From positions 35,588,001-35,652,000 of the forward strand of contig NC_043005.1 of assembly GCF_006345805.1 (NCBI RefSeq): a DNA stretch of 64,000 bases. The letters are read 5' to 3'. Both the position numbers and the translations under genes were made by a program. This document shows positions 12,010 through 27,072 of the stretch, one piece after another (within the stretch, counting starts at the first letter, position 1; every line of letters starts with the position of its first letter). Under the pieces are notes generated by a model, which was given only the letters and a program-made list of their open reading frames with translations, ran no database searches and had not been told where the DNA came from. The stretch is from Octopus sinensis (lineage: Eukaryota).

Positions 12010-12109
12010 NNNNNNNNNNNNNNNNNNNNNNNNNNNNNNNNNNNNNNNNNNNNNNNNNNNNNNNNNNNNNNNNNNNNNNNNNNNNNNNNNNNNNNNNNNN
12101 NNNNNNNNN
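12010..12109. other. Assembly gap, 100 N
   Basis: Run of exactly 100 N. Confidence 1.
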
Positions 12110-14390
12110 AAAGGATTTTGGAGAGCCGGGAGGAAAGGGAGAAAAGTTGAAAAGCCGGTTGATGATAATGTCAGCGCGCCGTGGAGGGGAACGAAGATCC
12201 GAGAGCTCGGCCGGGGAGATGTTGAGGCGGCTGGAGAAGTTGAACCACTCCAATGCACGCTGACAAGCGCCCGCGAAAAGATCCACTGCAAGGAACTGGC
12301 CGGGGGCAGGCGTCCTGGTGTACCCGGTAATTCCCGGGAGTAAAGATATTCTATTGAAACTCCTTATTTCTGTGATATAAGAAAGCAATTTCGTTATAAG
12401 CGCTACTGAAGTGTTAAGTGAAATTTAGCAATCAAGAATCGAATCCACGCTATGCCTGCACGAAGCCACTACAAATATGTTGTGGAATAAAAAAATTATC
12501 TACTGTCATGGAAAAAGTGTAACTGTAAAAATGCAGGATAATCGGAGTAATGGGCATTCAAAAAAGTTTGTATGTATAGAAATGTATGAATGCAGTCTTT
12601 AATGTTTAAGATTCAAATTTAGGAAGTACAATAATAATGTTTAGCAGCTCAACGGTGTGAGTAGTGAAATGTAGAATTTTTCTAAACTCTATGTCACAAG
12701 GTTTCTATCTATCTGTTAAAGCTGCAAAAACATTACAAAATATCACAAAACTGCTACTCAGGGTTTCACGTTTCGGTTTGTCGGACAGTTGTGATTGAGA
12801 ATGGAAGAAATGAGGTCATTGGGGAATAACCTCAATTCTTCCATTGTCAACCATTACTGTCCCACGAACGGAAACGTGAAACTCTGAGTAGCAGTTTTGT
12901 AATATTTTGTGATGTTTTGCAGCTATAAATCTAAAGTATATAGGCCCAGGAGTGGCTGTGTGGTAAGTAGCTTGCTTACCAGCCACATGGTTCCGGGTTC
13001 AGTTCTACTCTCGTGGCACCTGGTTAAGTATTTTCCTATAGCCTCGGGCTGACCAAAGCCTTGGGAGTGGATTTGGTAGGCGGAAACTGAAAAGAAGCCT
13101 GTCGAATATATATATATATATATATATGTATATGTGTGTTGTGTGTGTGTGTGGTGTGTGGTGTGTGTGTGGTTGTTGGCGTGTTTACTCCCCATAGTAA
13201 GCAGTGCGGCAAAAGAGACCGATAGTATAAGTATTAGGCTTACAAAGTAAGTCCTGGGATCGATTTGTTCCACTAAAGGCGGTGCTCCAGCAGGCCGCAA
13301 TCAAATGACTAATAAAAGAATATATATATAATATGCATGTATGTATGTATGATGTATGTATGTGTGTGCATATTTATATATATATATATGTGTGTGTGGT
13401 GTGTGTGTATATAATATATATATATAAAAGACTATTTATGCTTCATAAGCATATATATATATATATAGATACGCACATATATGCATATAAGCATATATTA
13501 ATGTAACCAGGTTACATATCTATACATATGTATGTATGTGTATATATATATGCACGTATGTTATATATTTACATGTGTGCATGTATATGTGGTGTATGTG
13601 TGTGTGCATCTATCTATCTCTCTATCTATCTAATATATATATATACATACATAATTATATAATGTATATATATATATGTATATATATACATATATATACA
13701 CACATATAAATTGACAATTGAGGATAAAATCTTTAAAAGAAATTATCAGTAGTCAGCGTGAAAAACCTCGTAAGAGAAAAAATCCGTAAATTCTCCTCTT
13801 TGAAAATATTCATTTATATTATATTGAGGGTACTATTATTCGTAGATACCAACACGCTAAGAGAGGACCATGCGGTCAAAACTACTAAAATAAACAAAAT
13901 TTTACCGAATGCAAAACTTCAAAACACATCATTTTAAGAAAGAATTCAGTTACATATCACATATGATTTCGCATTAATGCAGAATATGCATTTCATGTTC
14001 ATCAGTGCAACAAACTCAAGAAATATAAGAGAAAACATAACATTACAAGCTCGATAGCCAACCGTAGAATTCGTCGTAGCATGTACGAATGTTTATCTTT
14101 ACATATCTATGAAAATGGCGGGCTTATTCGCAATGCATTTCGGTACCAAATTGTCTAGTCGGAATAAAAGTTCAGTATTGAACTATTCCGGTGAAAAATA
14201 TAAATTAAAAATTGAGGATAAATTCTTTAAAAGAAATTATCAGTAGTCAGCGTGAAAAACCTCGTAAGAGAAAAAATCCGTAAATTCTTCCTCTTTGAAA
14301 ATATTCATTTATAATATTGAGGGTACTACTATACACACATATATATATTTATGTATGTATGTATGTATATATATATATATATATATATAA

Positions 14391-14434
<44 letters not shown>

Positions 14435-14456
14435 TATATATATATTATAATATATG

Positions 14457-14522
<66 letters not shown>

Positions 14523-14594
14523 CAAATATACAAATATACAAATACCCATATATATATATATATATATATATATTATTAATATATATATTATAAT

Positions 14595-14691
<97 letters not shown>

Positions 14692-15381
14692 CAAATATAC
14701 AAATACCCATATATTTAGAAATGTTTCGCGATGTTGCTAACAGAAAAAATACAAACAAAAACGCACCAAGGTGAGAACAAATCACACACACATACACACA
14801 CACACGCACACACAAACACACAACCACACACACAACACACACATACATACATACATACATACACACACACACAGATGCTCATATACAAACACATTCTCAC
14901 TCTCATATACGCACATACATGTTCTTATCTTGTTCTGCTTTGCGAAGATCTCGAAGATTTTCTAAATATATAGAATATGAAGTGAAACTTGACATCATCC
15001 TGTGATGTTTCTTCTTATAAGAGAGGGAAAAAAGAAAGTATAGAATGATGAAGAAAGAAGGAGGGAGCAAAGAAGAAGAGCACCAGAGAGAGAAAGAGAG
15101 AGAGAGAAGGGAGAGAGAGAAAGTGAGAGAAAGGGTGAGAGAGAAAGGGTGAGAGAGAAAGAGAGAGAAAGTGTATACTGTGGACAAAGATGGAGATTGA
15201 AGCAAGCAGAGATTATTAATGGAATTAAAACAAGAACAAAATTATTTTTCTTGGTTCTCTTGAATTCCCCAGATAATGCTGTTGACACGGTTTTCAGCAT
15301 AGATCTCAATGAAGTGTGATAAGCTAGAGAGGGTTCAGCAAGTATATATATATATATATATATATATTGCTTGGCTGCTTG

Positions 15382-15471
<90 letters not shown>

Positions 15472-16975
15472 CGTCTGGCTGGTTGTTTGTCTATTCGCCT
15501 GTTGTATACACACGCATCAACTGATTTGGATCTTCTCAATCATGATTATCAATTCTGTAGCTTCAAGAGTGTAGTTGCCTTGTAGGAATGCTGATGGATA
15601 TTCCTATTTTGTCATCGAGCTAGTAGAGTAATCGACGCAATCACAGCTTGCTTTGTGATTGATGTTAGGTACTCTGATACTTGGTACTCTGATATTACAT
15701 AATTTTCACTATATTATATGCTAAATCGCCAGTCTACTATTGGTAGACAAATCTACCAATTGTTCTTATCGCCAGAAGAAATGGCTAATAATTTATATGT
15801 ATGTGTGTGTGACTTTGTATCTGTATTTGACAACCGGTGAAGGTCTGTTTACGTCTCTGTAACTTAGCAGTTAAGCAAAAACACCCATAAAATAAGTACC
15901 AGGCTTCAAAATAAGTACTGGGGTCGATTAGTTAGACTGAAAATTTATTCAGGCGGTGCCCCAGCAGGGCTGCAGTCTAATGACTGAAACAAGTACAAAG
16001 GAAAAAAGAATGAAAGAAAAAGGAGTAATGAAAATTATGTAATATCTCATCATTTTATATAATAAATCGTGTGTATATAAATAACCATGCGATTGAAACA
16101 TTTGTTGCATGAATTGAACTATTGATTATCTTTTCATTATATACACGATGAATAGACACCTTCTCAACTATTCTATGTGTGTGTGTATCATCATGGACTC
16201 ACCCGTCGTTAGACGACATATGAGGGCTCGGCAATTTCTTGCCGAACAACCACACAAATGATTTGTTTATAGTGATCAATTGTTTGTGTATACATAAGCT
16301 CATTCGCTCCATCAAATCGACATTACTTGTTACAGCTGCACCATGTGCCACATGACTGATGATGAACTGATCGCAGAGCAATGTGAAATTAAGTGCTTTG
16401 CTCAAGAGCATAACGCAACGCCCGATTGGGGGAATTGAACCAACGATCTCGCAATCGTGAGTACAACACCCTAATCACTAAGCCATACATATATACACAC
16501 GCACATACACATATTGACGGGTAGGCTAGCACTCACATACCATACACAGACACACAACGCACACCACTCTATCATTTATTCCTCCTCTCATTTTTCTTCG
16601 TTTTCCTCGCTCCCCCTCTCTCAACATTTCTTTAACTCCCACTATTTCCCACTCGTTTATCTCTCCTGTACCTTTCTCTTTGTCTCCTGGCTTTTTTTCT
16701 AATACTTCAATCCTGCCGTCCCCGACCCATCTCTCCTTCCACATGACAGGTGTCCAGCCAGCCATAATCTTTCTTTCTTGGCCTGACTGCCGACCGTCCA
16801 ACACCTCTCATGTCCATCTCCTATGTTCCTACCTTTAGGCTTTCACTTCATACACGCCAGCTCAATTTGATTCGTTCTCAATCGAATAACACCTGTTGCT
16901 ATTTCTTGTTGTTTGTATTCGTAATATATATACGTATAGATGTAAGTATGTACATATACGTATGCATATATGCAT

Positions 16976-17025
<50 letters not shown>

Positions 17026-17042
17026 TATATACATATATACAT

Positions 17043-17077
<35 letters not shown>

Positions 17078-17150
17078 GATATATATATATATATCTATAT
17101 ATGTATATATTATGTATATATATATGTATGGTATATATAATATATATATG

Positions 17151-17192
<42 letters not shown>

Positions 17193-17194
<2 letters not shown>

Positions 17195-17820
17195 CAAAAT
17201 AAGAAAATGGAGAATACAGCTTAATCAATAATCTATGGGTATGTACCCACTCTTGTATGGGTGTACCTCCTCTGATATTCATATTTAATTTAGTTTGTAC
17301 TTCATAATATCTGAAGAGGCCTTGGGATATTCTTGTAAGTGTTTCATTTATAACTGCATATTAACCTATCGCACATGGCTAATATGAGCATAATGAGACA
17401 CCCATATCTGCATGGCCGAAACAGCTGTAAGATGTAGTTTATATTTATATTTATATTTGTATTTATTTATATTCACTTATACATACTGTATTTATTGTAT
17501 CATATTACTCATTGATGTACATTGTTTTGGTCTATGTTATTATGTTTGACCTTAATGTTCATATGTAGTGGTTTAATAAATTATGTGATTGGGTATTATC
17601 TGGTAGTTGATTATTGATTAAGTTGTATTTCTCCATTTTCTTATTTTGTATTATTAATTTGTGGTAAAACATTTTACCTTTGCCCATTTAATACAGTAAA
17701 TGAATTAATTGCATCGCAATTCTTAAAATTTATGTATTAACTTTGTTGGGTGCTTTACTAGCAGTATATTGGATATATGCTATCCCATGGAGAGTTACAC
17801 TCACAACCCCTATCTCAATT
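17193..17820 (+). mobile_element. TA-flanked non-coding element with a 41-bp inverted end and a hammerhead
   Basis: 17193-17233 is the reverse complement of 17609-17650 (about 3 differences); (TA)n on both sides. Confidence 0.7.
17307..17433 (+). ncRNA. Type I hammerhead motif with a long loop II
   Basis: CTGAAGA-GGCC...(92 nt)...GGCC-GAAA-CAGCTG-TA; palindromic stem III ACAGCTGT; stem I imperfect. Confidence 0.6.
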
Positions 17821-18146
17821 TATATATATATATATATATTGAATAAAAACGCAATAGAGGGCATTAAAACGTTCGGACAGTTAGAGGATACAAAGGCGGA
17901 CAAGAGAAATGACAATTAGAAGGACAGGCAAAAAAAGACGGGTCTTCTGGGCTTTCTTTCAGTCAAGTCTCAGTTCGGGTAGTTACACTTGAGATGGTTC
18001 GATCTGGTTGCCCCACAAAACGTCTAAGCTAAGAGCACTAGACCCCTTTGTAAGAAAGCTAGCGAATGTATACAGCAACAAAAACAAAAACCAAACAAAC
18101 AGACAAAAAACGGAGAACATGGTACATGTGTATTTGTGTGTGTGTT

Positions 18147-18182
<36 letters not shown>

Positions 18183-18550
18183 CATGTATGTTTATATTTA
18201 AAATTATTTGAAATCAAATTAATAGTAGCTGTAACGTTTTTCGCATCATCTAAAGACCTGAATTGTGCAACTCGCAGCATATTCATGAAACGTAACCAAT
18301 GTTTCTTCTAAAATATCTCGAAGTCAACTTGGTCGTGTCGGCGATATGTGAAGGACTTTTACAAGTTCTATATCTTTTACAAAATCATACAAAAGCATTC
18401 AAACTCTGGATATTAAGAGAAACGATACACAAATGACAGAATTTACTGGTCTTAATGCGTTGCTCAGCTCAACATTGCCTTAGCCATCTCGGCTAAAACA
18501 AACTATCGAGCTATCTCTTTATATATATATATATGTGTGTGTGTGTGTAC

Positions 18551-18675
<125 letters not shown>

Positions 18676-18700
18676 CATATACATATGTATATACATTTAC

Positions 18701-18763
<63 letters not shown>

Positions 18764-18829
18764 TATATATATATATATTATATATATATATATACACGTA
18801 TGTATATACATATTTGCGTATTAATTTGG

Positions 18830-19230
18830 GGGTTCCTGCATCGAGTGGTACATGAAGCAGTTAAAACACTCAAGCAGGATCGGTCTGCAGCTATTCTCAA
18901 TGCCATCGTAGGTTTACCGGCTGACGGTCTCTGTAAATTGTTTGACGCTTTCTTGGGATGTCTCTTGTCCCGATGCTCCAGAGGGCTCCACTTAAGGATT
19001 TAGTTGGCACGTATGTTTGTCAGGAGTCTTATGACATGTCACAATCAACTCAGTCGGCACTTGCAGATGGAGATAGACATCTGGCTTGGTCTGCTCTTCT
19101 CCTGACAGCCTCCTCGATGTTGATAAAGTTTCATTTGATGCCTAATATTTGCCTGACGTATTTGCTGTCAAAAGCGTCCAGTTTCTTTTCTTTGCCGGTC
19201 TCTACAATAATTCCTCGTAATTTTTCTTTT
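18830..19230 (-). pseudogene. RTE-type LINE 3' coding fragment, degenerate
   Basis: Minus strand KEKKLDAFDSKYVRQILGIK*, then RL...HVIRL and a WSP...R...P region, as in RTE C-termini. Confidence 0.6.
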
Positions 19231-19577
19231 CTGTCCCAAACAACTATAAGACTTCCAATGTTAGCATGCTGCAGAAATACTCATCTGAGAGCTCCATTAA
19301 TATTTATCCATTAATATTCCTTGTGTTGTTACATACTTATTTTGTCAAGAACGGAAGCACTTTATTTATTCCGGGGTAGTCTTTCCTGCGGGTGGCATTG
19401 TATATTGTTTTAACAACAACATCCTGCTTCATTGGCAGTCAATACCTTAATGACTATCTTTAGGCAGCTGCTGGTCACGTGCGTAATAGCTTACATAGAA
19501 GTGTGACATAATATGCTTCCGCGTGTTGGCGGTTTTAACAGCTAAGTATGTTTGTGTGTTTGTATATACGCACGTAC

Positions 19578-19608
<31 letters not shown>

Positions 19609-20704
19609 TGTATGTATGTATGTGTATGTATGTATGATGTATTTATATATGTATTATGTATATATGTGTATGTATATATGCATGCATATATATATATGTT
19701 GTGTGTGTGCATGTATAAGTTCGTGTTTATGAATGTATACATGTATATACCTGTATACACGTTCGTGTATATGAATGTATACATGTATACGTGTGTGTAC
19801 GAATGAATTTATGCATTTATGTATGAATATTAGCACGTATGTTTGTATGTATGTATGTATGTATGTATGTATGTACGTAAGTTTGTATGTATGTATGTAA
19901 TTTTGTATGTATGCATGTATGTATGTATGTATGTATGTATGTATGTATGTATGTATGTATGTATGTATGTATGTATGTATGTATGTTCGTATAAATAGTT
20001 TACCGCTTTTTGCTTTTTCATTTTGATTTCTTACCAATGGAGAAAGAACTATTTTCAAGTCTAGAAACAAGACTCTTTCATTGGAATTTAAATATCAACA
20101 AGGATGTCTTGCATGCCTGTATATATATACATATAACTATATACATATACGCTCATGTACACGTGTAAGCATATGCCCGTATATGTGCACACGCACATAT
20201 GGGTTTGGCTTGGATGTCATTGCATATGTGGGTCGTATAACATCTTGAACTTCATGAATGTTTTAAATATTCAGATACGTAAATGTGAATGTATGCGTGC
20301 ATATATATGTCGGTATGTAGATATATATGCGTATTCGTGCATGCACATATGTGTATGTGTATGTAAATATATATATATATATGCCTTTGTATATGCATCT
20401 GTGTATGTATATGTGTGTGTATGTGTGTATATTATGTGTATGCATGTGTATACATGTATTTGTGTATGTATGCATGTATGTGCATTTGTATGTGTGTATG
20501 CATATATGTATGTGTATAGTTATGTATGTATTTATGTGTGTGCATGTATATATAGTATATATGTGTGTATGCGCATCGAGTGATATTAGTAAATATTGTC
20601 CAGCATTCCGCCCTTTCTCCATTACTTTATATTCCTTTCTCCTAAATATATCTCTCTCGCACACACATTTACGGGAGAGAGAGAGTATGAGAGAAAGAAA
20701 GGAA

Positions 20705-20736
<32 letters not shown>

Positions 20737-21284
20737 GAGAAAGAGAGAGACCAGATGAAAACGAGAAAGAATGGAGCGACGTCTAACTGCCGGGTACATC
20801 GTTATTTGTGTCTAGCTCCTGTACCCAGCACTCAGCAGTACACTTTTATTTTCTGACTTCATCAATCGTACGAACCGTCAGTATTTTATCTGTAATATCA
20901 GGGTGGTTGGGGTATACGTTATTGGTGTGGTAACGGAACGATATTAGTATAGCATGGTGCTGGTGAATTGAGCTTTGACTGAAATCGTTCGTTGCTTATC
21001 TCTTGGAGATTAAAAAAAAAAAAGAAAAGAAAAAAACCCTCCCTTCGTATCTGTTTTCTGGGTATCAGTTTTGATGTCGGGTAAATAAGGACATTAACAC
21101 CCTATCGTCTGCCGCAAGAAATATTGAATGGAGCAGACAACTCCCGTTTGTATAATAATGAAAGTCGCCTGAGATAATGTCGATCAAAGTGATTACATCC
21201 CAGCATTCATCACCTCTCGTTCTTGTTGTTGTTGCTGTTGTAGTTTTTTTAGGCTCAAACATCTTATCTTCTTTCTCACATTTA

Positions 21285-21640
21285 CATTTTACTTGTTTCA
21301 GTCACTGGGCTGCAGCCATGCTGGAGCTCCGCTTGAAGGGGTTTTTTTTTTTAGTCGAACAAATCAATCCCAGTAATAAGTTTTCACGTTTGGTAACTTA
21401 TTCTATCCTTCTGTTTTGCCGAATCGCTAAGTTACAGTGACTTAAAGAAGCCAACTTCAGCTGTCAAGCGGTAGGGGAGGTACAAACAGAGAACGAACAC
21501 CTACGCGCGCGCGCACAGACACATACAGTTTCTGCTTACCAAATTAACTCACACGGCATTGGTGGGGACGGGACTACAAATGGAGACACTTGTTCAAGGT
21601 ACCGTGCTGTGGGATTGAACCTGAAAGCACGTGGTTGCAA
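21285..21640 (-). mobile_element. SINE family B, diverged
   Basis: TTTTACTTGTTTCAGTCA...GCAGCCATGCTGGAGC tail and CAAGGTACCGTGCTGTGGGATTGAACC head. Confidence 0.7.
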
Positions 21641-21775
21641 AACTGCAATCCAATGACAAAGACAAGTATAAGATAAAAAAAATACATGATCAACGTATTG
21701 CTGAAAAAAAGGAATTCCAGTTTATTTTGAGACTATTACTAAAGCGAAGATGAAATCAATATTATTACTTGTATG

Positions 21776-22765
21776 AAGGCGGCGAGCTGGCAGAAACGTT
21801 AGTAAGCCGGGCGAAATGCGTAGCCGTATTTCGTCTGCCGTTACGTTCTGAGTTCAAATTCCGCCGAGGTCGACTTTGCCTTTCACCCTTTCGGGGTCGA
21901 TAAATTAAGTACCAGTTACGCACTGGGGTCGATGTAATCGACTTAATCCCTTTGTCTGTCCTTGTTTGTCCCCTCTATGTTTAGCCCCTTGTGGGCAATA
22001 AAGAAATAAGAAATGTTAGCATGCCGGGCGAAATGCTTAGCGGTATTTCGTCTGCCGCTACGTTCTGAGTTCAAATTCCGCCGAGGTCGACTTTGTCTTT
22101 CATCCTTTCGGGGTCGATTAAATAAGTACCAGTTACGCACTGAGGTCGATATAACCGACTTAATCTGCTTGTCTTTTCTTTTTTTGTCCCATCTACCGCT
22201 ACGTTCTGAGTTCAAATTCTGCCGAGGTCGACTTTGTCCTTCATCCTTTCGGGATCGATAAATTAAGTACTAGATGTGTACTGGGATCGATCTAATCAAC
22301 TGGCCCCCTTCCCCCAAAATTTCGGGCCTTGTGCCTAGAGTATAAAAGATTCTATCATTTTTAAGGCGGCGAGCTGGCAGAAGCGTTAGCACGCCGGGCG
22401 AAATGCTTAGCGGTATTTCGTCTGCGTTACGTTGTGAGTTCAAATTCCGCCGAGGTCGACTTTGCCTTTCATCCTTTCGGGGTCGATAAATTAAGTACCA
22501 GTTACGCACTGGCGTCGATGTAATCGACTTAATACCTATGTCTGTCCTTGTTTGTCCCCTCTGTGTTTAGCCCCTTGTGGGTAATAAAAAAATAGGTATT
22601 TCGTCTATCTTTACGTTCAGCGTTCAAATTCTGCCGAGGTCGACTTTGCCTTTCATCCTTTCTGGATCGATAAATTAAGTACCAGTTGAACACCATGGTC
22701 GATGCAATCGGCTTACCCACTCACCCAAAATTGTTGACCCTGTGAGAAATCTAGAAACCAATATT
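21776..22765 (+). mobile_element. Head-to-tail cluster of five SINE family A units
   Basis: TTCTGAGTTCAAATTC(C/T)GCCGAGGTCGACTTTG-like core repeated five times; full heads at 21776 and 22363, headless units at about 22013, 22191 and 22595. Confidence 0.92.
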
Positions 22766-22965
22766 ATTACGTGTATATATTCTGAGATAAAATATTGCGT
22801 TCGATTTCCCGCACATCTCTCTCCATTTTTGAAAGGGAACTATGTTGAAAAATAAACCTCAATTGGTCGCATTCCATGAGATTATCTTGGTCAACCTATT
22901 AACTTTTCAGCTGACCCTCGTGTACCTACAAGCACTATTTTTTAACTGTTTTAACAAGATAAGCA

Positions 22966-23028
<63 letters not shown>

Positions 23029-24136
23029 TTTTACTGATATCGACTTCGAAGTTTCGCCAGGAGTTGGATAAACTGCTGGTGAAACTTTGAAGTCACCAAC
23101 AATAAAATCACAAATAATATCTGACACTGCATACGTTGTAATGATTTTTTGACTGAGAGCAAATCTCTTCATAGACATATTGTGTTAAAAAGACAATATA
23201 TCGAAGTGAAGCGGACATCGTCAGAGCAGTGGCTCATGGAAACGACGTTAGACACGTTTCACCTTTTTCGGAGAGGGGGAGGCTTGTCAATAACTAGTAC
23301 ACATTTGACATGTGAGTGTGTGTATACATAAAGAATACACACATAAACACACATACACATATATATGCATACACACACACACACACACACCCTCATGCAC
23401 ACATATAAGGAGATGTGTCTGTATCTCCTCGAAAAATCATAGAGAAGCGAGGCAAGTGAAGATAAAGAGTAGCAGAAATCTCCAGATAAAGGACCAAAGA
23501 TTTCAATCTCTGAATGAGATTGGATGAAAATTGCACTATTAGAAGCTATAAATTTTGGTTACGATTAAAATAATAAATCGAAAATCTGGAGACTGGGCGA
23601 AGTTTGTAAAAGTCGTTTATTGGAGCAACCAACTTAAAATGTGGCTTTGGTGCTTCACTTTCTGTCTTTGAACACCATACATCTTTGCTTTCCTTTCGGT
23701 GTTGTTACTTTGCGACAGAGAAATGGAAAAGTTATAGTGGAAAATGATCACCTTCACTAATTCCACTAATGTCTTTTTTCTTTTTTTCTTTTAAGTATTT
23801 CTTACTTTTTAAAAAAATACATCATGATTTCACACATTCGGACAATGCTGATTCTTGAAATGATAGCAAGCAGTATTGATGCAACTAGGGAATGTTCGAG
23901 TTACTTTGGCCCACCGGCTAGCTCACTTTCTCTCTCTTCTTCCATACAGCAGCAAGGGTGTGTGTATATATATGTGTGTATGTGTGGAGTATAAACATAA
24001 GAAGTCATACAATACATATGCATAAATGCATACACACAATATGATGTGTGTGAGTGAAATTTTTTGACTAGAGACAGTTGGTGCTGCCACTTACAGTTGT
24101 TTCCAGAGAGAGAGAGAGTGTGTGTGTGTGTGTGTG

Positions 24137-24184
<48 letters not shown>

Positions 24185-24959
24185 AATGATGTGATGATTT
24201 CGGGAAATCATCACATCCAGAGAAAACGCGATAAGTAGACACTCCGTGGTGATCATATCATGTAAGCATAAAAGCAAAACATTGTTTCTGGTATTCGAAA
24301 AGAAAAAAATTGAGAAACGGAATAACATCAACCGCCCTTAGCATATCATAGAACAAGGAAGGGACACAAGCAAATAAACAAACAAACCAGACCAATATTT
24401 AGGATGTTATATGCTATAGCAAGAGAAACAATTACGAATGCATCCTAGGAAAGTCTCATTTATCAATTCAGACAATAAACCCCAACACCTGATAGCTGTA
24501 GTGGCTGTACCAGCTGACGTGTCAACTTCAGAATTCAATGAAGATAGTCACACCTTAAATGAGATCGGAACAAAGGAATGTGCTACCCATCCTTGACATC
24601 TGCAGACTGAATAGCAAAGAAGTCCAACATCGCCTTACACACCTCCATCCCCCATATAACTACCATTCATTCCATCACCTTCCCCTCCTCCCCACTAAAT
24701 CCACTCAGAAATACACACGTACCTCAATCAACCTTCGTATTGGTCAAAAAGGGTAAACACCACCTCTGTCAAACATCCAACAAAAGTTCCTGGCTTTGGA
24801 TAAAAGAAAAGAAAACAGGAGGATCACATAATCATGATTTTATTCAACATATTCCCATCTCAGATTCATACACTTACAGCGCTCCTTCAGTTTTCTAAGC
24901 CCTGTAAAAGAACCTGGAAGCCAGGAACTTTTCAGCACATCCTCATACATAAGGGTAAA

Positions 24960-25251
24960 GACCCCCTTCGGTCATGTGTGACCATGGGTTTGCACCTAGA
25001 GAGTTACCCTCTGAGGCACAAGTCTGGGCAAGGTTGTTTTTATGGAAGACCAGTGTTATCCAAGGGAAAGACAAAGGTCGATACAGCTTGGCACCAGTGA
25101 CGTCGCAACTCATTTCTACAGCTGAGTGAGCTGGAGCAACGTGAAATAAAGTGCTTTGCTCAAGAACACAACACGCAGCCCGGTCCGGGATTCGAACTCA
25201 CAACCTCACGATCGTAAGCTCGACGCTCTAACCACTGAGCCATGCGCCTCC
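24960..25251 (-). mobile_element. SINE family D (tRNA-Arg-like head plus CORE-like domain)
   Basis: GGAGGCGCATGGCTCAGTGGTTAGAGCG...GTTCGAATCCCGG...GTGTTCTTGAGCAAAGCACTTTATTTCAC; left boundary approximate. Confidence 0.85.
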
Positions 25252-25275
25252 TCATACATACATACATATATATAC

Positions 25276-25600
<325 letters not shown>

Positions 25601-26317
25601 AAAGTGCCTGGATTAATGACTGCATCTACTAAATCGACCAGAAAGAAGGAAGTCTTCGGAGATATGGTTGACAAGGAAAACAAAAATAATCTGGGCTGAA
25701 GTGTGTGCACGCAAGCTTGTATGTATATGCGAAGAGAACGTGTGTGTGTGTATGTGTGTATCAGCCTTGGTTGTTGATATGCGTAAATTGGTGACGTCAT
25801 GGTTATTTTAGAATATAAAATTAAATTGGCTGGTGCTAGTTTGTTCTTTGATATCAACATATATTCTGGTCACCCTGTGAAAATTGTAGCATTGATTATC
25901 AAACATAAAAAAATATTTTTATCAACAATTCGAAGGCATTAATGTTTGAAGTTAAAAACCCTGAGACTTTGGATTATCTAATAAAGTGATAGTTATCTCA
26001 TTTTGAGAAAGTAAGTCGAACAAACGTCGTCTTTATTTTAGGAGTGTAATGAATACTATACTGACTCCAGAACTTGAAATTTACTCGTTTTATTCGATTT
26101 CTGCAGGAATGTGGGATTTGAACTCGGAAGGAAACGATACGTATAAGAAAACATTTCCACCAGTTTTAATGTAATAATAACGGTTATACATATATATGTG
26201 CACATGTTTATTTGTATATGTATACACACATATATATGAATAAATAAATATATGTATGTAGGTATGTACGTATTATGCATGTATTTGTATGTAGGTATAT
26301 ATGTATGATAGTATGTT

Positions 26318-26413
<96 letters not shown>

Positions 26414-26752
26414 GCTTCCCCACACACATATATACATACATACATACATGTATGCATATTCACACAGATACACACACACACACACACACACACACTTGTA
26501 TTTCCTAGAATTGCATTCTCTGTCTCTACTTTTTCTATAACTCAGATATAAAATGTTCTGTAAAGACTATAGATTATAAATCATTATCAACACAATAACA
26601 TCCATATTTGCAAAAGTTTAGACTTCACTTCCTCCTCATTAATCGTTGCAACCCGATATCTTACTTCCTTCCGCAAGTCCTAATATACATTTTGAAATTG
26701 AATTTCTTTCATCCGCCCTCTTATATGCAATTAAGAATATCTATGCAATCCG

Positions 26753-26945
26753 AAGGTGGCGAGCTGGCAGAACACTTAGCATGCCGGGTAAAATGCTTAG
26801 CGGCATTTCATCCGTCCTTACGTTCTGAGTTCAAATTCTCTTGAGGTCAACTTTGCCTTTCATCCGTTTCGCACTGTGGGTTGATGTAAGCAATTTACCT
26901 CTTCTTAGCAGTTCCTGGCCTCGTGCCCAAATTTGAAATCAATAT
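26753..26945 (+). mobile_element. SINE family A, old short-tail form
   Basis: AAGGTGGCGAGCTGGCAGAACACTTAGC...GTGCCCAAATTTGAAATCAAT. Confidence 0.85.
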
Positions 26946-27072
26946 TTCCGGTTTGACTTTCTGAATTCAAATCTTTCCGACGTCAACTAGCCCCATCTCC
27001 ACAAATTTCAGGCCTGGTATCTCTAGTTGAGCGAAACATCTAAGCAGCTCAAGCTTGCTAGATATACATACC

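Larger units (their letters stand above)
7161..16963 (+). repeat. Tandem duplication of about 4.85 kb (7161-12009 and 12110-16963) across a gap, probable assembly artefact
   Basis: Both copies start AAAGGATTTTGG and run collinearly to GTACATATACGTAT; differences are mostly 1-bp indels. Confidence 0.95.

Noticed and set aside
12110-12345. Second Penelope insertion
   Set aside because: It is the start of the duplicated block and probably the same locus as 7161-7400
21776-22765. Regularly repeated units resembling a CRISPR array
   Set aside because: Units are SINE A copies of 170-240 bp without unique spacers; eukaryotic context, no cas genes
25180-25251. tRNA-Arg-like sequence (also at 35836, 37622, 140-214)
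   Set aside because: No proper acceptor stem, and it continues into SINE bodies; these are SINE heads, not tRNA genes
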